A stretch of 64,000 nucleotides of DNA from positions 1,552,001 to 1,616,000 of the forward strand of contig CM075993.1 in NCBI GenBank assembly GCA_038087875.1, written 5' to 3'. Made by a program: the position numbers and the translations under genes. The DNA comes from Malacoraja senta (lineage: Eukaryota). The notes under the pieces were generated by a model. It was not told the DNA's origin. It saw nothing but the letters and a program-made list of their open reading frames with translations, and did not search any database. How positions within the stretch are numbered: position 1 is the first letter of the stretch; every line of letters starts with the position of its first letter. Shown in pieces: positions 1-11,567 of the stretch.

Positions 1-323
1 CTGTTCAATTTGGGCCATTGAGACCTCTTACTTAATCCTGCCTATCCCATTCCTGCAGAAAGGAACAGTAGATGCTGGTTTACACCGAAGATAGGCACAA
101 AATGCTGGAGTAACTCAGCAGGACAAGCAGCATCTCTGGATAGAAAGAATGGGTGACGTTTTGGTCAAGACCTTTCTTCAAGCTCTATCTTTTACCCAGA
201 GCACTGCAAATTATCTTGCTTCAAACGTCCATCCAGTATCTCCTTTGACTGTTTCCACCAATCTTGCAAGGTTAGGGTTTCAAGTGCGAGCTGCTGTTAT
301 TAGGTAAGCCTAAGGTTTGGGAT

Positions 324-625
324 GGCACGGTGGCGCAGCGGTAGAGTTGCTGCCATACAGCGCTTGCAGCTCCAGATTCGATTCTGACTACGGGTGCTGT
401 CTGTATGGAGTTTGTACGTTCTCCCCGTGACCGTGTGGGTTTTCTCCGAGATCTTCGGTTTCATCCCACACTCCAAAGACGTACAGGTTTGTAGGTTAAT
501 TGGCTTGGTATAAGTGTAAATTGTCCCTAGTGTGTGTAGCATAGTGTTAATGTGTGGGGATCGTTGATCGGTGCAGACTCAGTGGACCAAGGGGCCTGTT
601 TCTGCGCTGTATCTCTAAATTAAAC
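324..625 (+). mobile_element. tRNA-derived V-SINE (HE1-like)
   Basis: GGCACGGTGGCGCAGCGG head, central GGAGTTTGTACGTTCTCCCCGTG...GGTTTC.TCCCAC domain and CR1-like tail GGGCCTGTTTC.GCGCTGTATCTCTAAA. Confidence 0.85.
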
Positions 626-665
626 TCACATCTAATGTGTAGTTGTTTATCTAAATGGTGTCAAA

Positions 666-1092
666 TTGGGAAAAGAGGAAGTACAATGGGATCTGGGGGT
701 CCTTGTTCATCGGTCACTGAAAGTAAGCATGCAGGTACAGCAGGCAGTGAAGAAAGCGAATGGCATGTTGGCCTTCATAACAAGAGGTGTTGAGTATAGG
801 AACAAAGAGGTCCTTCTGCAGTTGTACAGGGCCCTAGTGAGACCACACCTGGAGTATTGTGTGCAGTTTTGGTCTCCAAATTTGAGGAAGGACATTCTTG
901 CTATTGAGAGAGTGCAGTGTAGCTTCGCAAGGTTAATTCCCGGGATGGCGGGACTGTCATATGTTGATAGAATGGAGTGGCTGGGCTTGTGTCTAAATGG
1001 AATTTAGAAGGATGAGAGGGAATCTTCTTGAAACGTATAAGATTATTAAGGGTTTGGACATGCTCGAGGCAGGAAACATGTTCTCCATGTTG
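666..1092 (+). mobile_element. CR1 LINE ORF2 3' fragment
   Basis: Translation DLGVLVHRSLK...KKANGMLAFI...[19 protein letters not shown] is typical of the CR1 C-terminus. Confidence 0.88.
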
Positions 1093-1468
1093 TAGTTAAT
1101 GGCAGGAACAGCATTGATGTTCAGAGGGATCTTGGCATCCAAATCCTGAGCTCCCTTAATGTGGCAACACATGTAGATGGAGTGGTAAAGCAGGCATATG
1201 GTATGCTTGCCTTCATCGGTCAGGGCATTGAGTCCAACCATCAGGATAGCTGGAGTAAGTCAGCAGGACAAGCAGCATCTCTGGATAGAAAGAATGGGTG
1301 ATGTTTTGGTCAAGACCTTTCTTCAAGCTCTATCTTTTACACAGAGCACTGCAAATTATCTTGCTTCAAACGTCCATCCATTATCTCCTTTGACTGTTTC
1401 CACCAATCTTGCAAGGTTAGGGTTTCAAGTGCGAGCTGCTGTTATTAGGTAAGCCTAAGGTTTGGGAT

Positions 1469-1771
1469 GGCACGGTGGCGCAGCGGTAGAGTTGCTGCCA
1501 TACAGCGCTTGCAGCTCCAGATTCGATTCTGACTACGGGTGCTGTCTGTATGGAGTTTGTACGTTCTCCCCGTGACCGTGTGGGTTTTCTCCGAGATCTT
1601 CGGTTTCCTCCCACACTCCAAAGACGTACAGGTTTGTAGGTTAATTGGCTTGGTATAAGTGTAAATTGTACCTAGTGTGTGTAGCATAGTGTTAATGTGT
1701 GGGGATCATTGGTCGGTGCAGACTCAGTGGACCAAGGGGCCTGTTTCTGCGCTGTATCTCTAAATTAAACT
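1469..1771 (+). mobile_element. HE1-like V-SINE (duplicated copy)
   Basis: Nearly identical to 324-625. Confidence 0.85.
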
Positions 1772-1809
1772 CACATCTAATGTGTAGTTGTTTATCTAAA
1801 TGGTGTCAA

Positions 1810-2069
1810 ATTGGGAAAAGAGGAAGTACAATGGGATCTGGGGGGTCCTTGTTCATCAGTCACTGAAAGTAAGCATGCAGGTACAGCAGGCAGTGAAGAA
1901 AGCGAATGGCATGTTGGCCTTCATAACAAGATGAGTTGAGTATAGGAACACAGAGGTCCTTCTGCAGTTGTACAGGGCTATAGTGAGACCACACCTGGAG
2001 TATTGTGTGCAGTTTTGGTCTCCAAATTTGAGGAAGGACATTCTTGCTATTGAGGGAGTGCAGCGTAGC
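1810..2069 (+). mobile_element. CR1 LINE fragment (duplicated copy)
   Basis: Copy of 666-923. Confidence 0.85.
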
Positions 2070-4772
2070 GAAGGAATGGGTGACGTTTCGGGTAGAGACC
2101 CTTCAGACTGAGAGTCAGGGGAGAGGGAAACTAGAGGTACAAAGAGAATGAAGACAAGAAAGGAAGACAAAAATGCTGGAGAAACCCAGCAGGTGAGACT
2201 GCGTTTCGTTGTCCCTGTACTTGTATACTGCACAATGAGCATCTATGGAGCGAAGGAATAGGTGACGTTTCGGTTGAGACCTTTCTGCAGACCCTTCCAT
2301 ATCTCTCGTTTCTCTCTCCCGACACCGTTTGTCCATTCTCTCCACATATGCCGCCTGTCCCGCTGGGTTTCCTCCAGCACTTTGTTTTGCTCGAGATTCC
2401 AACATCTTCAGTTTCTCGTGTTGCCAACATTAGAGTTGAGCAAGCTCGAAACTTTGATATACAAAATAAATGAAGGTAATCAGAAATTGGACATAGAGCA
2501 AGGGCAAGCTCAATTTTCTTTGTGTAATTGAATCTTGAGGTTTATGGAAAATGTTACTAACATTTGTGACTAATGTTCATTCATCTTTGCCACAATGTAA
2601 TAAATAGTCCCATTCCATCACAGTGATGAGGTCAAGGAAAGAGCGTTCACGTCGCGGCCCTGTTTCCACCAATCTTTCCACCACCATACACAAGAAGCAC
2701 AAGACAGACACCATTGCATGCAGATGCCGAGAAGTGTGTTCAGTGTGTGCTGAACAACTTCTAATCTTGTGTGTGGACTCAATAAGAAGATCAGTGATAA
2801 GGCAAATCCTATCTATGTCTCTTCATTTCACTTCAGCGAGTTCAACAAGTACTATCCCTGCAGATGAGGTGAGATTGAGTTTCATTGCTGCAGCATTGAG
2901 ACTGCAACAGTGCGGATCTCTCTAAAGAACATCCATCATGATAGCTTCATGGATGCCAGCAACTGGAAGGTAGTCTTATGATATGACAGTCTTCTTGATT
3001 AGTAAGGATGCCAAGGGTAACAGGGAGAAGGCAGGAGAACGGGGTTGAGAAAGAAAAATAAATCAGCCACGATCAAATGGTGGTGCAGACTCAAATAGAA
3101 ACATGGAAACATAGCTTAGACAAATGGCTTAATTCTGTTCCTTTGTATTATGGTCTAGAAGTATTTATCGTCAACGTCATCTAGGTTGAGTTGAAGACAG
3201 GTAAAGCAATTATTGAGCACAGGAAGGGAGGTGAAAAAAGAGGGAGAGTAATACTGTAGAGCTAGATGTCAGAAGAACATGCTCGCAGCACCAACTGGAA
3301 TACTCCGTCGTACTGAAGCGGCTCAACGATCACAGCTAGTGGTTGAGGTAGATCTGGGAAACTCCATCTTGTATTGTGCCTTCAAACATTTGCACTGATG
3401 GTTTTCTTCCAAGACTCGAGGTTCAAGAAAGCTTGTAGAAAAGGATTAGTCCAAGGGGAAGAGAACCCACACCTTTGGTCCATGGGGGTTGTTAACGTAC
3501 TGTCCCCTTTGTCAGACGGTGACTAAATCCAGTATCCACGCCAAGTATATTGCATTTAGTGATTTCTTCTGTTGCGCCAACATTTCAGCCCGAACCAATG
3601 ATTGGATAATGTAGCAAGAGACACCAGTGTAACTTAAAACTAGTAGAAAGAGGCCAAAGTTGTTGAATGGCTGGCAGGTGACAAGATTGGAAAGAGAACT
3701 GCAGCAGAAAGCTGGTGTGCACGCTGCCTGCGGTTAGAAGCAGCGATGAACATAAATATCACTCAATACAAGATCTTTATTATTGTGGATAGTTTGGAAA
3801 GGTACTATAGCAATTAATTGGAAACACCCTAATGAATAATTGCTGGTCGTTTCTCATGTTTACCTGTGCCAGAGCTAGTTAGAAAGTACTTGGCAACATG
3901 GAAGTTGTGCCATGGCAGTAAGAACTAGTATAAGTCAGCTGTAGAATTGTTGGCAGGGTGATTGGCATCTGACACTTTGGAGTAATGCCCTATACACTGG
4001 CCTGCGTATGCTTTCACATTATAACATGCTCAGAATTTGGTTTTCTCGTTGAATGTGATTTTGAGGGTCAGCAGAATAAAGATTTCAACCTTAAGCAGAA
4101 TAGAAATCTTTGCCAACGTCATGGAGACAACACTCATGAGGTAACAAGGTGGCAAGTCGATCTTTATTGAAAAAGATGCAAGTCTGCTTTCTTAGCATCT
4201 CCTAGCCCATTGCCCGAGGCCTCATGTGTTGTAGTGGCATCACTCACCTTATGTGCCAAAGCCTCACGTAAGCAACTGGCACAGCCTTGTTAGAAAATTA
4301 AAGAATAGGCTTTCAGCTGCTCTGAATAACATGAAAAGATGTGAAATAAAAAGTGCTGATGTTTTGGACTTTGTTTATTTATTTATTTCAACTGCGAAAA
4401 GAGAGATGTTTCTCATTTCAATTTCATTCCCATCTTGTGGATGATGACATCCATGCTTCCAAGAAAGATACCTTAATATCTCAACACCATGTGTTCTATT
4501 GAGTGATCTTTATTGTTCTATCCTTTTGTTTTCTTCTAGACGAGCATAATTCTCAGCGGCAGAGTGAGATTCCTTCACATGTTAAGTCTTCATCACCATC
4601 TTAAGGGTCAATCACAGCATTCTCCACAATGTTAAGTGTCAACATCTTCACAATCGTAAGTCAATGATACCATTCCGTAGGGACTTCTGGAACTGCAGGC
4701 TGTACTGCAGGGCTCCACCTATTAATTACCAGCACTTAATATAGGGTTATTTACTGAGCTTTGGCAATGGGT

Positions 4773-5097
4773 GGTCACGGTGGCGCAGCAGTAGAGCTGC
4801 TGCCTTATAGCGAACACAGCGCCGGACACCCGGATTCGATCCCGACCACGGGTGCTGTCTGTGTGGAGTTTGTACGTTCTCCCCGTGAGTTTTCTCAGAG
4901 ATCTTCGGTTTCCTCCCACATTCCAAAGACGTACAGGTTTGTAGGTTAATTGGCTTGGTAAATATAAAAACTGTCCCTAGTATGTGTGTGTGTGTGTGTG
5001 TGTGTGAGTGTAGGATAGTATTAATGTGGGGGGATCACTGGTCGGCATGAACCTGGTGGGCCGAAGGGCCTGTTTCCGCGCTGTATCTCCAAACTAA
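4773..5097 (+). mobile_element. HE1-like V-SINE with internal (TG)n expansion
   Basis: Same head, body and tail; (TG)n at about 4983-5012. Confidence 0.85.
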
Positions 5098-5129
5098 ATG
5101 TTCATCCACAAGCATCATTTTTGGAGTTG

Positions 5130-6706
5130 CATTTGCACAAAGGTGTATTTTAATTCACTTCACCGTCATGTAAATATATTCAAAAGAACCAGACACATTT
5201 CAATAGTTTCAGATCTTTATACAAAAGTAGTTTGTAACAACACACTATTTCAATCTCGTTTTAACTTACCAAGATACAAAACTAAGGTATAACAAAAAAA
5301 TAGAAAACACTAGTGTAACTATGCTACTTACTTATGTTATCAATGCCTCAAGTTCTTAGTCTGTACAGCAGCAACAGATGAGCACATTTGCCTCCATGAT
5401 GCACACTGTTATTTTTTGACAAGAGGAAAAGGGAGACAAATTTACAGCAATATTAAATCTTGTGAATGTACAATTGCTATTTTTGAAAAATTGTCCATGG
5501 TGACTCCAGCAAGCAAAATTTTTTGTTCAACGTGATACATATTGAAATTGAGATTTCTGTATCATTGATTCTTAATTTATATATTATCTGAGACCAAACA
5601 GTACTCTATGCACTGGAGGTAGACAAAAATGCTGGAGAAACTCAGCGGGTGAGGCGGCATCTATGGAGCGATGGAATAGGTGACGTTTTGGGTCAAGACC
5701 CTTCTTCAGACTATGTACTGGAGCATAACTTGTATATCTCTGCCCACATTACCACAACCTAACCAACTTGATAGTGTTCACTGTAATTTTAGAAGGGAGG
5801 TTACAAAAAGATGCTTCTCTACTATCAAAAGTTTATAAACAAATTTGTATTCCACATTGTTGAACTGAACTCCGAGAAATAGACACAGTAAAATGATCGG
5901 CTCAAATATTTTCAATATTCTACCCACTGATTAGCCATTTCTCTAGAAATATGGTACAGGAACGGATATGGAGCTCTATCACCCCAGGGAACAATAAAAT
6001 AAATCAGGTTTCCTGGCAGCTTCCATTTGGTAGGTAGGTGTGTACGCACAAGTGTGTGTGTGTGTGCTCATACCAATGGTAAAGTACAGCTAGCTGCAAG
6101 CTAGTTCTATAGATATATCACAGCACACATAGAGAAATGAGGTGAATGCATTAAAGGAATGTACAGCAGGTTGCTAGCACTTGCTAGCTGTGCCCAAGAA
6201 CAAATAGGTACTTTCGACAGGAGAACTGATCGTAGGGAAAACCCAATAAGCAACAAGTAGTTTTGGAAGAGTAGAAACAAGGAATTGCAGATGCAGGTTT
6301 ACAAAAGGCAGAGTGCTGGAAGAGCTTGGCAGCATCTCATGAAAACACAGACAGGCGACATTTCAGGACGGGACCCTTCTTCAGCCAAAATTAATGTTAC
6401 TTGGAACTTTGAACCCTTTCCTTAATTTAAGTTTGGAATGTGTATACTTTTATCCCTAATTGATATCATAGGAATGCTATTCGCCCTATTGTCCCACCAA
6501 CATTTGGATTGTAAAGAAGAATCAACACACACATTATTTTGCCATCTTGGAATTAAGTGTTGCAGAGGTATCATTTTTTGCTAGTAAACTCAAACCCCAC
6601 AGAGACTTGCTGCAGTTCTCTTACAATATGCAGAATTTCTACTAATGACTTGCTGACGTTTGCTTTACTTCCCACCGTGGTTATCTGAAAGAGTCAGAAT
6701 TCTTAG
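5130..6706 (-). other. Probable 3' UTR of C15orf39 with candidate ATTAAA poly(A) signal at 5153-5148
   Basis: AT-rich, mostly unique sequence after the stop codon; TTTAAT on the + strand. The end is not proven. Confidence 0.3.
5619..5710 (-). mobile_element. ~92-nt Penelope-terminus mini-element with 13-bp TSD
   Basis: CTATG(C/T)ACTGGAG at 5606-5618 and 5711-5723; body matches the Penelope terminus at 30795-30890. Confidence 0.8.
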
Positions 6707-7710
6707 TCAGTCATCAACTCTCAGCCATCCCTTTTCATAATCTTGCAAGAGTTCAAGGTAGTACTTCCAATCAGGTTCAGACTCATATTTAACTTCATAC
6801 ACAGTCTTCAAAGGATTCTCGTGCTTTTCATGTACCCTGAGTACAACACCTTTATACCAAGACTCAGATTTATCATTTTCCTCATACAGATGCCTGATAT
6901 GTTTACCCACTAAATTTGGGTACTTATTTTCCTGATGATTTCTTAAGCTTCGAGGTTTCAAACCTTTCTTCTGATCCAGCCGGTGTGAGTTACGAGTCAA
7001 TAAAGGCTTTCTTGTGGTGATTGGTTTCAATATTATCTTTCTGCAGGGAGTAGTTTTCACTGGTTTATGCCACTTTAGTTGCACGATCGAGCCACGGAGG
7101 TGGAGAACTTTGGACGTGCTTAGTGCATCCGTATTTTTCTTTGCGACCATTTGGGGTTCTTTGACCTTTACAGTGCAGGGAATATTTGTTCCATTACTGT
7201 TCTTTTCAATGACCACTCTGTTCAACTTAACTACCAAAGCACTTCCCCTCTTTTCAAAAGTATTTCTCACCCTCTCCTCCAAGACCTCTTTGGTACCCCT
7301 GTGTAGTTTTGGTGGAGTTGGCTGAGGGTCCTTGGACAATTCCACTGCACAAGGATTTTGCTCAGGTTCTGTGGGGCAAGATTTTGCTGAGTGATCAACT
7401 GACGATGGGTTAACTTTGTTTGCAGATGATGAACCACTTATTGAATTATTACATACAGGGTTGGAATTTACACGTGAGGAAACATTATCATCCCGTAGCC
7501 TTTTCCTTAGTTTTACACCAAGTCTGGGTACGGTAATGCCATCGTTAGGCTTTTCTTCAATGGAAGATGGTTTTTTAACTGGTGGTCTGCTTTCCATTTT
7601 TTTCTTCTTCTCACCAGAACCAGAATCTGTCTGCTGATCTTCATGACTACTCTTGCCAGCTGGATTTGGAGTGACGGCAATCTTCTTCAGCTCTTCCTCG
7701 TTTTGGTCAC
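6707..7710 (-). CDS. C15orf39: C15orf39 homologue, terminal coding exon: Lys/Ser/Pro-rich linker followed by a C-terminal Spin/Ssty Tudor-like domain
   Basis: Acceptor TTCTTGTATTTTGTAG|GT at 7712-7711 needs phase 1, which matches the 11567 donor. Direct splicing gives 3595+1004 nt = 1532 aa plus stop. The C-terminus LVGKHIRHLYEE...WYKGVV...YEVKYE...YYLELLQDYEKGWLRV resembles Spindlin repeats. Confidence 0.8.
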
Positions 7711-8764
7711 CTACAAAATACAAGAATTGTATACAATTAGCATTTCAGATAAGCTAATCAAATCATTATTTAATAAAGAAATGAAACATAAAAAAAGTGC
7801 TACAGGATTCAAAACACTGGTTAAAAGATACCTGCAATGGAGCATCTAGACCAACATGTGAAGGCAGATCTGCAAGAAAAAAATTCATTTACAGCGATCT
7901 TATAGGTTGATTATTAATTATGCCTAATATATATTTTAAGTAGGTTTTAAATTAGATTTTTTTTTTAAATTCCCAGCTGCAACTAATATTATTTTTCCTC
8001 TCCTCCAAAAGATTCCCAGCTACATCTAATTTTATTTTTCTCTCCTCCAAAAGATTTGAAACTTTTATTTGGTAAAATGATAGGATTTTTCTCTCTTACT
8101 TCCTGCTGCAGAGACGGAGGTGCAACATGAGCCTGGCAGATTAATCTGCACTGCTGGGTTTCAGTTAAGACTACAAAATTATCCAAACTTTCTAAATTTA
8201 AATTTGTCTTTAAGCTTTCGTAAAAGGTATACGCAACACACAAGACCATTAAATGTTTTAAACAGAAGGTTAAATATGTACAGGGATATAATTGTTAAAA
8301 TCTTAGATCTTATATTCAGAGGAGATAAACTATGTGTCAATTCCAATCACATCTTCCTTTTCAATGCTTCAGTGCAGATCAACAACAATATTTTGTCACC
8401 AAGGTAGTCATTCCTTTCCCCCACTGTTTCATAGTTCATATTATAGAAAATACTCAAAATTCCCAATTTAGCAGTTAACATTTTTTTTTTAAATTAAGGT
8501 GTCCAGGGATATGATTTGCAATGGTAAAATAATGACCAGTCATTCAGCGAATTACAGGCAATAAATGCTCAAGATAGGAGCTGAAAATAGATGCAATCCT
8601 AATAAGCAACTTATTCCATTTGATTATATGTGGATACTTCAAGGCAATGTATTCAAAGTTGGTCAAAACATTGGATATCTTGATTTTGGACGGAAAGCTT
8701 ACATTATACCTATGTGACAAGACAAGTTGTGTATTTTACTAAATCCTGCAGAAGATCCCAAGAT

Positions 8765-9425
8765 CCAGGGATCTTGAGGTCCAAGTCCATAGCTCCCTGA
8801 AAATGGCAACACATGTAGATAGAATGGTAAAGAAGGCATATAGTATGCTTGCCTTCGTAGGACAGGGAATTAGGAATAAGAGTCATGATGCTGCTTTATT
8901 GGACGTTGGTTAGGCGCATTTGGAGTACTGCGTGCAGATCTGTTTGTGCCATTACAGGATGGATGTGGAGGCTTTGGAGAGCGTGCAGAAGAGGTTTACC
9001 AGGATGAGCCTGGACATTAGCTCTACAGAGATGTTGGACAGACTTGGATTGTTTTCTCTGGAGCGATGGAGCCTAAGTTGAAACCTGATGGAAGTACCTA
9101 AAGTTATGAGGCATAAATAGGGTTATGAGGCATAGATAGGGTAGTCAGTCAGAAATTGTCTTGCAGGGTGGAAATGTCAAAGACTGGAAGGTGAGAGGGG
9201 CAAAGATTAAAGGAGATGTGTGGGACAAGTTGTTTTTTTAAAATGCAGAGTGGCAGATGTTTGGAGAGGCCAGGGATGGTGGTGGAGGCTGATGTGGTAT
9301 TTCAGAGCCACATGGATATGTGGGAATAAATCAGATGTAGGCAAAGGAGATTAGTTGAACTTGACATCCTATTCAGCACAGATATTGTGGGCTGAAGGAC
9401 TTGTTCCTGTGCTGTAGTATTCTAA
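8765..9425 (+). mobile_element. Old CR1 LINE 3' fragment
   Basis: Degenerate matches to the same CR1 ORF2 end and 3' tail (GTGGGCTGAAGG...GTTCCTGTGCTGT). Confidence 0.7.
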
Positions 9426-10916
9426 GTTGTAAATCAGAAGTCATCATTGACTTAGTATTCCATGCAAGAGTTATAGTTCAAAGCTACCTTGCTTACACAA
9501 GAAAGTCTTTCCCTGGAACCTATTGGAGTTCTGTAGTATATTTGAGATTCATCCCAAGCATTAAGATATTTTGTGCCATTTTTCTTGTGAATATCCATAG
9601 CATCTTCCAGGGACGCAACAGATTGGTGGGAATTGAAGATGAACTTTTAACACCATGGTTACTTCATTTTGGGTTGCCACTAGAAATGTTTAGACAAACC
9701 ACATTACAAGTCATGCAATGCAAGGGTACCACAGCAACACAGCTAATAGAGCCACCCCCTCCAATACCAACGACCTGGGTTCAATCTTGGCCTCTAGTGC
9801 TGTCTGTGCTGAGTTTGCACGTTTCCCTTGTGACTGTGTGGGTTTCCTTCCCATAGAATAGAATACTTTATTGTCACATGAGACAAGGCACAGTGAAATT
9901 CTTTGCTTGCATACCCGAGGTCTGAAAACAGTCGCCACATACGATGCTGACAGTTACTTTATTCTCCCCCGTCAGTGGGCAACAGAAGTGTTGTTACAGT
10001 TAAAAGATGAAATACAAAAGTAAAGACAACATTTCCAGAACACATTTTGTAAGATATTGTCCTCATTATGCAAACTAATCAAGTTTCTTGGAGACTATCC
10101 ACATCATTTACTTGATGGGTTTCAGCCTAACTCATTTAGTTTAAGGCTTTTTTTTTAAACTGGGAAGTAACGGCAGTGTGGAATAGGAGTGGAGGCAAAT
10201 TGGTGGGGTTTAGAGTCTGTGAGAAAGATATAATTCATTAATATACATTATTTATGAAATGACAGTAGAACCCTGTAATTTGGACTTTTTTCATCTTAAA
10301 AAAAAAAAATTGAAGCTAATAGCTTAATAACTATGAAAAGTCTTTTCCAGAGGAATGCCCAGTTCCAGGGGTGTGGGTGAACGATAACAGGGGAGGAATT
10401 TTTGCCCCGATCGCCTGGAGAGGATCTCATGTTGCATTTTCCCGGACATTTGCCCCATGCTCGTACATGGACCATGAACAGAACAGTGAACTTGATGACT
10501 GGAGGATGTGGTCACTAACTGCTGATAAAACAAGACTAGAGGAAAAAGCTAGCGACATCAAGAAATTCACACGCACAATTTTGTCTTTAGTTTTGGATTT
10601 CATCTTTTAACTGTAACAGACCAACACCTAACATTGTAGCTTGCAAACATCAATCCAGACCTGACATCCAAATATATCACCTTTTTCATTATTTATCATC
10701 CCTGCTTGCAAATTTTTTTAACCGATTTTGCTTAAGCCATGCCAAAACCAATTTCACACTCTTCTGTCCAAAGTAGCAACGGAAAATTGGAGAACCGAAC
10801 TGTATAAACCAGGGTTGACTTTTAGTACTATATTTTCAGAAATAACCCGTGTAATAAGGGTGAATCAGGCTTTTAAAATACAGATGGGGACATTTACACA
10901 GGTAAAACACGTTTAC

Positions 10917-10985
10917 TTGGGATATTTTCCAGAGGAATGCCCAGTTCCAGATTCCACAGAGTCAAATGACGATTGTTAGAGTACT
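10917..10985 (-). CDS. Candidate 69-nt cassette exon (phase 1-1) of C15orf39
   Basis: Good acceptor TTTCTTTTGGTGCAG at 10987-10986 and weak donor CAA|GTAAAC at 10916. Length is divisible by 3 and open in the required frame (EYSNNRHLTLWNLELGIPLENIP). Confidence 0.35.
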
Positions 10986-11567
10986 CTGCACCAAAAGAAA
11001 AGTTAAAAGATTAGTTTATTTCAATTAGGAGTTTGGGGTTAAATATATTTATTCTACAAGACCCAACCTATAGCAATTTAATAGAAAGAGTAGAAAATGA
11101 GAGTTGCAATTATTTAGCGTGCGAGGGTTAACTAGTTAACCATTACGATCTGGATGCAGGCATTAGGGATAATTGGGAGATTAAAATGTGTGAAAAGAGG
11201 GAAAAAAATAAACATCAGACAAAAGGAACTGCAAATGCTGGAATCATGAGCAAAAAACATACAAAGTGCTGGAGTAATTCAGCGGGTTAGGCAGCATCTC
11301 TGGTGAACATAGATAGGCGACTGTTTGGGTCAGGACCCTTCTTCAAACTGATATTATAAAGAGTGTTTGGAGGTTTGCAAGTGACAGTAAGATAGAATAC
11401 ATTAATAGGTTATTTATGAAATTACAGTAGAACCCTGTGATTTGGACTTTTTCAGCTGTTTTAAAAAATAAATTTGAAGCTAAAAGCTTAATAACCATAA
11501 AGAGTTATTAGATTTGCCTGATAAACAGTTCTCACCCTGGAGAGTGCAGAGCTGCAAGGAGACTTAC

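Larger units (their letters stand above)
104..2069. repeat. Local direct duplication: 104-923 repeated at 1249-2069
   Basis: Near-identical ~820-bp blocks at offset 1145-1146, each made of a Penelope-end fragment, unique DNA, a SINE and a CR1 fragment. Confidence 0.92.

Noticed and set aside
6707..7723. Stand-alone spindlin gene
   Set aside because: The ORF start is a TTG within a polypyrimidine tract, there is only one Tudor-like repeat, and the acceptor phase matches the upstream C15orf39 exon.
11488..11567. C-terminal tail of the 1224-aa ORF as the true protein end
   Set aside because: It follows a consensus GTAAGT donor; most likely intron read-through (kept only as a possible isoform).
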